Source of the DNA: a virus
Lineage: Duplodnaviria; Heunggongvirae; Uroviricota; Caudoviricetes
DNA: 7,858 nt
Reading direction: 5' to 3' (one strand)
IMG/VR virus record: IMGVR_UViG_2850808358_000013
Coordinates: 1 to 7,858 of that record
Every line of letters starts with the position of its first letter. Position 1 is the stretch's first letter. The notes below the pieces were generated by a model. The model saw only the letters and a program-made list of their open reading frames with translations, had not been told where the DNA came from and did no database searches. Position numbers and translations under genes: made by a program. This document shows positions 1 through 5,701 of this stretch, one piece after another.

Positions 1-939
1 TTATTTGATTTCAATTTTGTCCCACTCCCTGCCTCTGTCATCACGATACTGTGATGCCATGGTGTCCGACTTGTGCCCGAGAAGATGTTGAGCAAACTTA
101 TCGCTTATCTGCTTCTCATAGAGTCTTGCAGACAAACTGCGCAACTCGTGAAAGGTAGGTGGATCCCCTTCGAAGGAAAGACCTGATGCTTTTCGTGCGC
201 GCATAAAATACCTTGATACTGTGCCGGATGAAAGCGGTTCACGACGAGTAGATGCAATTATGGTTTCTCCGCCAAGAATCTCTTTGCATTTATCAAGTGT
301 TTCCTTCATTGATATCCCGAGAGCATCAACATGCAATGTTGTAGGGATGGCAATTTTTACGCCTGTTTTGCTTTGCTCGACATAAAGATATCCATCTACG
401 ATATCAGACCACTTCATTTCGCATAAATCACCAACTCGTTGCCCGGTAACAACAGCCAGTTCCATTGCAAGTCTGAGCCAACATGGTGATGATTCTGCTG
501 CTTGATAAATTTTCAGGTATTCGTCAGCCGTAAGTCTTGATCTCCTTACCTCTGATTTTGCTGCGCGAGTGGCAGCGACCGGGTTTGTTGTTATATGGCC
601 TTCAGCTATTGCCTCTCGGAATGCATCGCTCAGTGTTGATCTGATTAACTTGGCTGATGCCGCCTTGCCCTCGTCTATGTATCCATTGAGCATTGCCGCA
701 ATTTCTTTTGTGGTGATGTCTTCAAGTGGAGCATCAGGCAGCCCCCTCCTTATTGCTTTAATTTTGCTCATGTAATTTATGAGTGTCTTCTGCTTGATTC
801 CTCTGCTGGCGAGGATTTTTTCGTAGCGAGCAAGCCATGAATGTAACGTAACAGAATTATCACTGTTGATTCTCGCTGTCAGAGGCTTGTGTTTGTGTCC
901 TGAAAATAACTCAATGTTGGCCTGTATAGCTTCAGTGAT
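1..939 (-). pseudogene. int: Lambda-type tyrosine integrase (Int), 5'-truncated remnant; the longest ATG-initiated ORF is 1..771
   Basis: Minus-strand translation ends ...HLLGHKSDTMASQYRDDRGREWDKIEIK with the stop at 1-3, which I recognise as the C-terminus of phage lambda Int; the catalytic signatures HELR, LLGH and SQY are present. My manual translation upstream of the M at 771 continues in frame (..ITEAIQANIELFSGHKHKPLTARINSDNSVTLHSWLARYEKILASRGIKQKTLINYMSKI..) up to 939, where the frame enters the IS terminus and meets a stop (955-957). About 37 N-terminal codons and the start codon are missing. Confidence 0.9.
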
Positions 940-968
940 TGAGGTAGCCTGAGTTTAACGGACACTCC
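940..968 (+). repeat. Left terminal inverted repeat of the IS600-like element
   Basis: tgaggtagcctgagtttaacggacactcc; pairs with the reverse complement of the right end (tgaggtgtactggcaatagcggacactacc), about 20 of 29 positions identical. Confidence 0.6.
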
Positions 969-1003
969 TTCCTGAAATAGAATGGCATCAGAAGGAGCTA
1001 ATA

Positions 1004-1306
1004 ATGAGCAGAAAAACCCAACGTTACTCTAAAGAGTTCAAAGCTGAAGCTGTCAGAACGGTTCTTGAAAATCAACTTTCGATCAGTGAAGGCGCTTCCC
1101 GATTATCCCTTCCTGAAGGCACTTTAGGACAATGGGTTACCGCCGCCAGAAAAGGGCTCGGTACTCCTGGTTCCCGCACGGTGGCTGAACTGGAATCTGA
1201 AATTCTGCAACTGCGTAAGGCGTTAAATGAAGCTCGCCTTGAGCGAGATATATTAAAAAAAGCAACAGCGTATTTTGCACAGGAGTCGCTGAAAAATACG
1301 CGTTAA
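1004..1306 (+). CDS. IS3-family transposase OrfA (helix-turn-helix plus leucine-zipper-like C-terminus)
   Basis: 100-aa ORF with AGGAG 6 nt upstream of the ATG; the product ends ..ERDILKKATAYFAQESLK, typical of IS3-family OrfA; the slippery run lies near its 3' end. Confidence 0.9.
   Translation: MSRKTQRYSKEFKAEAVRTVLENQLSISEGASRLSLPEGTLGQWVTAARKGLGTPGSRTVAELESEILQLRKALNEARLERDILKKATAYFAQESLKNTR
1255..1261 (+). other. Programmed -1 ribosomal frameshift site (A AAA AAA followed by G) generating the OrfAB fusion transposase
   Basis: The heptamer aaaaaaa + g at 1255-1262 sits in the orfA frame as tta-aaa-aaa-gca; the orfB frame (the frame of the ATG at 1342) is exactly -1 relative to orfA. This is the known IS3-family mechanism (established for IS911 and IS3). 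Confidence 0.6.
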
Positions 1307-1341
1307 TCGAACAATGGCGACAACAATTTCCCATTGAAGCG

Positions 1342-2160
1342 ATGTGTCAGGTATTTGGTGTATCCAGGAGCGGTTATTACAACTGGGTACAGCATGAACC
1401 CTCAGACAGAAAACAAAGTGATGAGCGGCTAAAACTGGAGATTAAGGTGGCACATATCCGCACTCGCGAAACATATGGAACCCGGCGGCTCCAGACGGAG
1501 CTGGCAGAGAATGGCATCATCGTTGGTCGTGACCGACTGGCACGTCTTCGTAAGGAGCTAAGGCTACGCTGTAAGCAGAAACGCAAGTTCAGAGCGACTA
1601 CGAACCCGAACCACAATCTGCCAGTTGCGCCAAATCTGCTGAACCAGACGTTCGCTCCTACAGCACCAAATCAGGTCTGGGTGGCGGACCTGACGTATGT
1701 TGCCACACAGGAGGGATGGTTGTACCTCGCTGGCATCAAAGATGTTTATACGTGCGAAATTGTCGGCTACGCCATGGGAGAGCGCATGACAAAAGAGCTG
1801 ACAGGTAAAGCCCTGTTTATGGCGCTCAGGAGCCAGCGCCCACCTGCCGGGCTAATCCACCACTCTGATCGAGGTTCACAGTACTGCGCATACGATTACC
1901 GGGTCATACAGGAGCAGTTTGGTCTGAAAACATCAATGTCGCGTAAAGGTAACTGTTACGACAACGCTCCGATGGAAAGCTTCTGGGGAACGCTGAAAAA
2001 TGAGAGCCTGAGCCACTATCGTTTTAATAACCGGGATGAAGCCATCTCAGTAATACGGGAATACATTGAGATTTTCTACAATCGTCAGCGTCGTCACTCT
2101 CGTCTGGGGAATATCTCCCCGGCAGCCTTCAGGGAAAAATATCATCAGATGGCTGCTTAA
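1342..2160 (+). CDS. IS3-family transposase OrfB (DDE / retroviral-integrase-like catalytic core)
   Basis: 272-aa ORF containing DDE motif elements (..VWVADLTYV.., ..HHSDRGSQY.., ..NAPMESFWGTLKNE..); it lies in the -1 frame relative to orfA. Confidence 0.9.
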   Translation: MCQVFGVSRSGYYNWVQHEPSDRKQSDERLKLEIKVAHIRTRETYGTRRLQTELAENGIIVGRDRLARLRKELRLRCKQKRKFRATTNPNHNLPVAPNLLNQTFAPTAPNQVWVADLTYVATQEGWLYLAGIKDVYTCEIVGYAMGERMTKELTGKALFMALRSQRPPAGLIHHSDRGSQYCAYDYRVIQEQFGLKTSMSRKGNCYDNAPMESFWGTLKNESLSHYRFNNRDEAISVIREYIEIFYNRQRRHSRLGNISPAAFREKYHQMAA

Positions 2161-2174
2161 AAAAAGAACAAATG

Positions 2175-2203
2175 GTAGTGTCCGCTATTGCCAGTACACC
2201 TCA
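2175..2203 (+). repeat. Right terminal inverted repeat of the IS600-like element
   Basis: ggtagtgtccgctattgccagtacacctca ends in CA-3'; its reverse complement matches the left repeat. Confidence 0.6.
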
Positions 2204-2283
2204 TTCAGTTAATGCCTCGCAGAAAAAGCGCTCCTGCTGCTTAACAAATTCAACGATATCGAACATTTTTTTGGTCCTGAAAA

Positions 2284-2565
2284 TCAGAAAGGACAGGGGG
2301 AGAATTTTCTCTCCCATTCTTCTTCCGCCCGAGCATAGGCGATCGCTGAGATATAATCGTTGTACGCCTCTTCAGCTTTTTCGCCAGTGAGTGCCAGTTG
2401 GGCTTCTTTGGGTAAAAAAAGGCTGCTCATAAGCAATGGTTTATCGGGGAACATGCTGATAAGCTCCTGCGCCCGATCATCAATCCATTTATCCTTTTCA
2501 TCCTGAATATGCTGATTAACCCAGCGACGCTCCTCTATGCGGTCGCAGGTGAGGTATGCGTTCAT
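2284..2565 (-). CDS. Hypothetical small acidic protein (93 aa), last gene of the Rha operon
   Basis: ORF with AGGAG 9 nt upstream of the ATG (reverse complement of 2566-2580); its start is 20 nt after the stop of the upstream ORF. By my count 19 D/E versus 12 K/R. No family recognised. Confidence 0.55.
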   Translation of the reverse strand: MNAYLTCDRIEERRWVNQHIQDEKDKWIDDRAQELISMFPDKPLLMSSLFLPKEAQLALTGEKAEEAYNDYISAIAYARAEEEWERKFSPCPF

Positions 2566-2585
2566 GGCGGAACTCCTGATTCCGG

Positions 2586-2867
2586 TTAATGCATTAAATT
2601 AATTTGTCGGGAAAGCTGACAGACAGGGCAGTTACATTCTTCCTCCTGCTCTTTAGCGAAGAAATATGCAGCGGCCTGTAATGCGATGTCTTCTGGATGT
2701 TCCGCGATAAACATAACATTGCCTTCCGTATCAATAACAGAAATAGCCTCATCAGGCAGGACGACAAAATAGGCGATGATTTTATCATCCATAAAAACTT
2801 CTCCCATTATCGTTTCTGCTGGCGTTATGACGTTTTTTACATTGATATTAATTTTTTGATTGAGCAT
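2586..2867 (-). CDS. Hypothetical small, strongly acidic protein (93 aa) with a C-terminal C-x-C-x-x-C motif
   Basis: ORF with AAGGA about 7 nt upstream of the ATG; its start is 11 nt after the stop of the upstream ORF. About 15 D/E versus 5 K/R; ends ..EECNCPVCQLSRQINLMH. No family recognised. Confidence 0.55.
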   Translation of the reverse strand: MLNQKININVKNVITPAETIMGEVFMDDKIIAYFVVLPDEAISVIDTEGNVMFIAEHPEDIALQAAAYFFAKEQEEECNCPVCQLSRQINLMH

Positions 2868-2878
2868 GATATTTCCTT

Positions 2879-3091
2879 TCAGGCTGGTGAGATTAACGGT
2901 TGGCCTTTATGGTTCAGGTAAACTTCGATTGCATCTGAAATAATGCGGATTTTTTCAATCAGTGAATGTGCGTAAAGTGCATTATTAACGTTAGCTGACG
3001 CCATGTAATAACGCCCGTTGTAAAGAATTGCTGTACCGGGTTTAACGTCCTCGCGAGAAACTAATGCGGTTCCGTAGTGAGGTTTGAGCAT
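2879..3091 (-). CDS. Hypothetical small protein (70 aa)
   Basis: ORF with a strong GGAGG 7 nt upstream of the ATG (reverse complement of 3092-3110: ccGGAGGatttgtcATG). Same strand and tight spacing with the neighbouring genes. Confidence 0.55.
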   Translation of the reverse strand: MLKPHYGTALVSREDVKPGTAILYNGRYYMASANVNNALYAHSLIEKIRIISDAIEVYLNHKGQPLISPA

Positions 3092-3130
3092 GACAAATCC
3101 TCCGGTTAATTAATCCAGATATTTAATTTA

Positions 3131-3153
3131 ATCCCCGATATGTGATCGGGGAT
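3131..3153 (-). other. Perfect 9-bp inverted repeat (hairpin) between the Rha gene and the 70-aa ORF
   Basis: atccccgat-atgtg-atcggggat; on the minus-strand mRNA it is followed by an A/U-rich stretch (UAAAUUAAAUAU) rather than a clean U-tract. Confidence 0.4.
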
Positions 3154-3161
3154 GGGGTTAA

Positions 3162-3800
3162 TTAAAGATTAACGTTGAAACCAAAGCGGGAAGACTTTTC
3201 CGATGTGCGGGAAATATCCAGCAATTTACGGCGCATTTCTTCCGTCAGATGCTTGAAGGCGTTAAATTCGGCGACAGCCGCATCGACGTTATAGCCGTTA
3301 CGACGTAATTCATTAAATATGCGCATTGCAGGGCTTGGCATGTCGAATAAGACGGAGGTATCAAGCTGCAATGTATTTCTATCAACATAGTTCATCGTGG
3401 CATAGGGGTGATGCTCTGAAAACCACGATAAAGGGAAATTGATATTCATCGCAGGAGAAGACAGGGCCAGTTGTTTCTGTTCCCATAGTTGTTTTTCCAT
3501 GCGATCGAATTCAGCAATGTAGGCTTCCTTGAATGCAGCTGCTTTTTTGCCGGTGAAGCCCATCACCAGAAAAACGAAGCCGTTTTTGGTGATTTGGTAG
3601 GCGTTATAGGTATTGCCTCGGTGTTCGAATTTAACCCGCGAAAAGTTGCGGGTTAAGAATTGCTCAGAGCATTCGAGGGATTCTATTTTCTGAACAACAT
3701 GGTGATGCTGCTTGCCAAAAAACTCAGCAATCGAAATAGAAGTAGTGACGGCGCGACCATTTTCGATGGTTACGTCAGGGTGAGAAAGGGTAGTAGCCAT
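3162..3800 (-). CDS. rha: Rha-family phage regulatory protein (pRha domain; antirepressor-like)
   Basis: N-terminus MATTLSHPDVTIENGRAVTTSISIAEFFGKQHHHVVQKIESL...YQITKNGFVFLVMGFTGKKAAAFKEAYIAEFDRME matches the pRha N-terminal domain as I remember it. Start chosen at ATG 3800 (GAGGA 7 nt upstream) rather than the track's 3959; the 53-codon in-frame extension is GC-rich and low-complexity. Confidence 0.8.
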   Translation of the reverse strand: MATTLSHPDVTIENGRAVTTSISIAEFFGKQHHHVVQKIESLECSEQFLTRNFSRVKFEHRGNTYNAYQITKNGFVFLVMGFTGKKAAAFKEAYIAEFDRMEKQLWEQKQLALSSPAMNINFPLSWFSEHHPYATMNYVDRNTLQLDTSVLFDMPSPAMRIFNELRRNGYNVDAAVAEFNAFKHLTEEMRRKLLDISRTSEKSSRFGFNVNL

Positions 3801-3830
3801 AATGACATCCTCAAGTGATAAGTTAATTAA

Positions 3831-3937
3831 CTCACCACCAGAGGTGCTAATCTCATGGGTGGTGAGACGCACAGGGTTAGCACTACCGGTCACTCGAGAA
3901 CCCGGCCAGCCTTGCGGCTGCCCCGCACGCCTCACCA
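3831..3937 (-). promoter_or_regulatory. Structured 5' leader of rha with three copies of a complementary motif allowing alternative hairpins
   Basis: Plus-strand ctcaccacc (3831-3839) and ggtggtgag (3858-3866) form a perfect 9-bp stem; a third copy ctcacca (3931-3937) can alternatively pair with the middle element. cagcc-ttgc-ggctg (3907-3920) is a GCAA (GNRA) tetraloop hairpin on the minus-strand RNA. Confidence 0.4.
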
Positions 3938-3961
3938 TAATTTGAATGTGGCTGTGCATTA

Positions 3962-4043
3962 CGCATAAAAAAACCGCTTCAGCGCGGTTATGCGCTCGAG
4001 TAACTTTCGGGGTGCTAATCCCGGCACCCGTTTTATGAGGTGT
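3962..4043 (-). ncRNA. Putative small RNA (about 80 nt) between a promoter-like motif and an intrinsic terminator; hypothetical
   Basis: Minus-strand -35 TTGACT (4078-4073), 17-nt spacer, -10 TATATT (4055-4050). The predicted transcript 5'-ACACCUCAUAAAACGGGUGCCGGGAUUAGCACCCCGAAAGUUACUCGAGCGCAUAACCGCGCUGAAGCGGUUUUUUU contains a 6-bp GC hairpin (4010-4029) and the terminator hairpin; no plausible ORF. Confidence 0.25.
3967..3989 (-). terminator. Rho-independent terminator acting on minus-strand transcripts
   Basis: Minus-strand RNA AACCGC-GCUGAA-GCGGUU followed by a U-run (plus-strand A-run 3967-3973); the stem is short, so moderate strength; preceded by a second hairpin. Confidence 0.45.
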
Positions 4044-4049
4044 TCGCCA

Positions 4050-4078
4050 AATATAGCCCCGACATCACACGCAGTCAA
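4050..4078 (-). promoter_or_regulatory. Sigma70-like promoter candidate P2 (TTGACT-17-TATATT) on the minus strand
   Basis: Hexamers read directly from the reverse complement; shares the 11-mer TATTGACTGCG with P1. Confidence 0.3.
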
Positions 4079-4383
4079 TATCGTCCTTTCTCGGAAATGC
4101 TTTGGCGGTGCCGCCTGCACCCAAAACATTCCCTGTATTGGTCAGCGCCAACTTCCTGCCAGTGTTGCCCGTTCTCACGCCGTTCTCGCTCTCGCGCGGG
4201 GATACTCTCTCATCGACCGGATCGCACCCGATGATACAGCACGTTTACGTGTAGGGGTCTAAACAGGTCATTGACGCTGTAAAGCTCCAGATTGTTAAAG
4301 AGCATTTTGCGGCGGGTTAAGTCGCGCCGTACGACTGATTTATGTAGCCCTGTGTCAGGGCGCGATGTTTCTGGCTTGGGTAA

Positions 4384-4413
4384 AATATAATAAGTGCAAC
4401 TGATCGCAGTCAA
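4384..4413 (-). promoter_or_regulatory. Sigma70-like promoter candidate P1 (TTGACT-18-TATATT) on the minus strand
   Basis: Reverse complement of agtcaa (4408-4413) and aatata (4384-4389); sits in an AT-rich block; the same TATTGACTGCG 11-mer as P2, about 335 bp upstream of it. Confidence 0.25.
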
Positions 4414-4641
4414 TAGCAAGACTAATAATTTAATTTTAATCTATGTGATTGATTTTTAGATTAATTTATTTATGTAAAAAATATAAGCGAGGATAATGCA
4501 GGTGGTGAGTTATGGAGGATGCGCAAAGAAAAAACGGCGCTGAGGCCGGTTACTCTGTGTTAGATTTGGTGTGAGGGAACCCCTGATAACACTAAGAAAA
4601 GCAGTGAACAGTCAAAGAGAACCCAGCGGGCTTGGTGGCTT

Positions 4642-4670
4642 TTGACAAAAACATCGCCTGTAACTATAAT
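4642..4670 (+). promoter_or_regulatory. Consensus sigma70 promoter for the hicAB-like operon (TTGACA-17-TATAAT)
   Basis: ttgaca at 4642-4647, 17-nt spacer, tataat at 4665-4670. The palindrome aacta-taat-tagtt overlaps the -10 and is a candidate autoregulatory operator. Confidence 0.6.
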
Positions 4671-4699
4671 TAGTTGCAATGTAGCGAAGATGAGATTAT

Positions 4700-4954
4700 G
4701 TGGGTATGGGGAAAGCAGATAAGCTACTGGAAAAGTTTTTAAACAGTAAAAAAACGTTTGAATGGGATGAGTTGGTCGTTTTGTTTTCCTCTCTGGGATA
4801 TGTCAAAAAGGAAATGCAGGGCTCAAGAGTGCGGTTTTTCAATGCTGAAATCAACCACACCATATTAATGCATCGCCCACATCCAGAAAGTTATATTAAA
4901 GGTGGAACGCTGAAAGCGATTAAACAGAATCTGAAAGAGGCTGGGGTATTATGA
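4700..4954 (+). CDS. hicA: HicA-family toxin-like protein (YcfA/HicA fold, putative mRNA interferase); initiation may be at ATG 4706
   Basis: ..KADKLLEKFLNSKKTFEWDELVVLFSSLGY..QGSRVRFFNAEINHTILMHRPHPESYIKGGTLKAIKQNLKEAGVL fits the HicA pattern as I remember it; the stop overlaps the next start (ATGA at 4951-4954). The track start is GTG 4700. Confidence 0.7.
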   Translation: MGMGKADKLLEKFLNSKKTFEWDELVVLFSSLGYVKKEMQGSRVRFFNAEINHTILMHRPHPESYIKGGTLKAIKQNLKEAGVL

Positions 4955-5295
4955 ATCATCTAAAATATAAAGGATATTTAGGTACAGTAGAACCAGATTT
5001 TGAAAATAATATCCTGTACGGAAAACTGGCGTTTATTCGAGACCTGGTAACTTATGAGGCTTCTACATTAGCTGAACTGGAACAGGAGTTTAAGACATCG
5101 GTTGAGCTGTATTTACAGTCTTGTGTGGAGGATGGAAAGGAGCCTGATACCCCGTTTAAAGGTGTGTTTAACGTCAGACTTGATCCAGAACTGCATCGTC
5201 GGGTCGCTGAAATGGCGATGGAAGAAGATTTATCACTGAACGCCTTTGTTAATAAGGCGCTGGAAAAAGAAGTCAACCATCACACAGGGGCTTAA
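4951..5295 (+). CDS. hicB: HicB-family antitoxin-like protein with a C-terminal ribbon-helix-helix DNA-binding domain
   Basis: N-terminal YKGYLGTVEPDFENNILYGKLAFIRDL..EEPDTPF resembles HicB N-domains; C-terminal KGVFNVRLDPELHRRVAEMAMEEDLSLNAFVNKALEKEV is RHH-like; 4-bp overlap with hicA. Confidence 0.7.
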   Translation: MNHLKYKGYLGTVEPDFENNILYGKLAFIRDLVTYEASTLAELEQEFKTSVELYLQSCVEDGKEPDTPFKGVFNVRLDPELHRRVAEMAMEEDLSLNAFVNKALEKEVNHHTGA

Positions 5296-5382
5296 TGTTC
5301 CCTTCGTCTTTGACATCCTCACCGCCGAAGAATGGGGAATTTACGGCGCACTGGTAAATGGTGGGGCGAGCAGGAGGCAAAC

Positions 5383-5408
5383 AAAACCCGGCACCAAGGC
5401 CGGGTTTT
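5383..5408. terminator. Bidirectional Rho-independent terminator between the convergent hicAB-like operon and the repressor operon
   Basis: aaaacccggc-accaag-gccgggtttt: a perfect 10-bp stem with a 6-bp GC core and a 6-nt loop, with an A-run upstream and TTTTGTT downstream, so a U-tract follows on both strands. Confidence 0.6.
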
Positions 5409-5409
5409 G

Positions 5410-5580
5410 TTATTGGTGCATTTGGCAGGTTGTAATATCTGGTCCATAAGCCAAAGTAAAAACAGGCTTGTTGATCAAGCCCATGTTCTTTAATGATTGA
5501 ATCATTTTTCCTTGCTCGCTAACTTTTTGCTTGCTAAGTATTTCTTCCACTTGTTGTGTCAAGGATTTGTCTTTGTTCAT
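5410..5580 (-). CDS. Unlisted 56-codon ORF between the repressor gene and the terminator; hypothetical
   Basis: Manual translation of the minus strand gives MNKDKSLTQQVEEILSKQKVSEQGKMIQSLKNMGLINKPVFTLAYGPDITTCQMHQ; the stop lies 2 nt from the terminator stem; only a weak GTGAG Shine-Dalgarno. Below the ORF-track length cutoff. Confidence 0.3.
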   Translation of the reverse strand: MNKDKSLTQQVEEILSKQKVSEQGKMIQSLKNMGLINKPVFTLAYGPDITTCQMHQ

Positions 5581-5701
5581 TTATGGCTCACTTGATTGCG
5601 ACTGCTCCCCGCCCGCATTGGGCGAGGGTTCTCGGAGATTTTTCGCTGAAAAAGGAAATAAAATAGCCTCCCTGCAAGGTTATTGATATCATCCTGTGAG
5701 T

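Larger units (their letters stand above)
940..2203 (+). mobile_element. Complete IS3-family insertion sequence, IS600-like (1264 bp)
   Basis: Imperfect terminal inverted repeats begin 5'-TGAGGT and share a CGGACACT core at both ends (940-968 versus the reverse complement of 2175-2203); the ends are 5'-TG...CA-3'. It carries two consecutive ORFs, orfA (HTH) and orfB (DDE) in the -1 frame, with a poly-A slippery site. The OrfA sequence MSRKTQRYSKEFKAEAV... matches my memory of IS600; the exact IS name needs an ISfinder check. Confidence 0.85.

Noticed and set aside
569-2390. Track ORFs 569..775 (+), 1137..1334 (-), 1377..1616 (-) and 2172..2390 (+)
   Set aside because: They are antisense to or overlap the integrase and IS transposase genes, or start inside the IS terminal repeat; no RBS.
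2204-2600. Expected xis and the int 5' end directly upstream of int, as in phage lambda
   Set aside because: The sequence right of the IS does not continue the Int frame and the adjacent 93-aa ORF does not resemble lambda Xis as I recall it; the region was most likely deleted or replaced by IS-mediated rearrangement.
2594-2921. Track ORFs 2594..2788 (-) and 2697..2921 (+)
   Set aside because: Alternative-frame or antisense overlaps of the well-supported small-ORF operon.
3801-3959. Longer Rha start at ATG 3959 (track ORF 3162..3959)
   Set aside because: The 53-codon extension is GC-rich and low-complexity, overlaps the hairpin-rich leader and lacks an RBS, whereas ATG 3800 has GAGGA at -7 and the pRha domain begins right after it.
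4008-4030. Possible tRNA or T-arm (GGGTGC-TAATCCCG-GCACCC)
   Set aside because: The loop is 8 nt without a TTCRA motif, and no acceptor, D or anticodon arms can be built around it; interpreted as an ordinary hairpin.
4070-4415. Treating the duplicated 11-mer TATTGACTGCG as a significant repeat on its own
   Set aside because: An exact 11-bp match between two sites is expected by chance several times in 7.9 kb; it is only suggestive because both copies have a correctly spaced -10 hexamer.
3990-4419. Track ORFs 3990..4262 (+), 4040..4234 (+) and 4210..4419 (-) as genes
   Set aside because: They overlap each other in different frames, have Arg/Cys/Ser-rich low-complexity products and no RBS; the last would start upstream of the only promoter-like motif on its strand. 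Treated as non-coding.
5052-5449. Track ORFs 5052..5276 (-) and 5246..5449 (+)
   Set aside because: The first is antisense to the hicB-like gene (Ser-rich product); the second runs through the bidirectional terminator hairpin.
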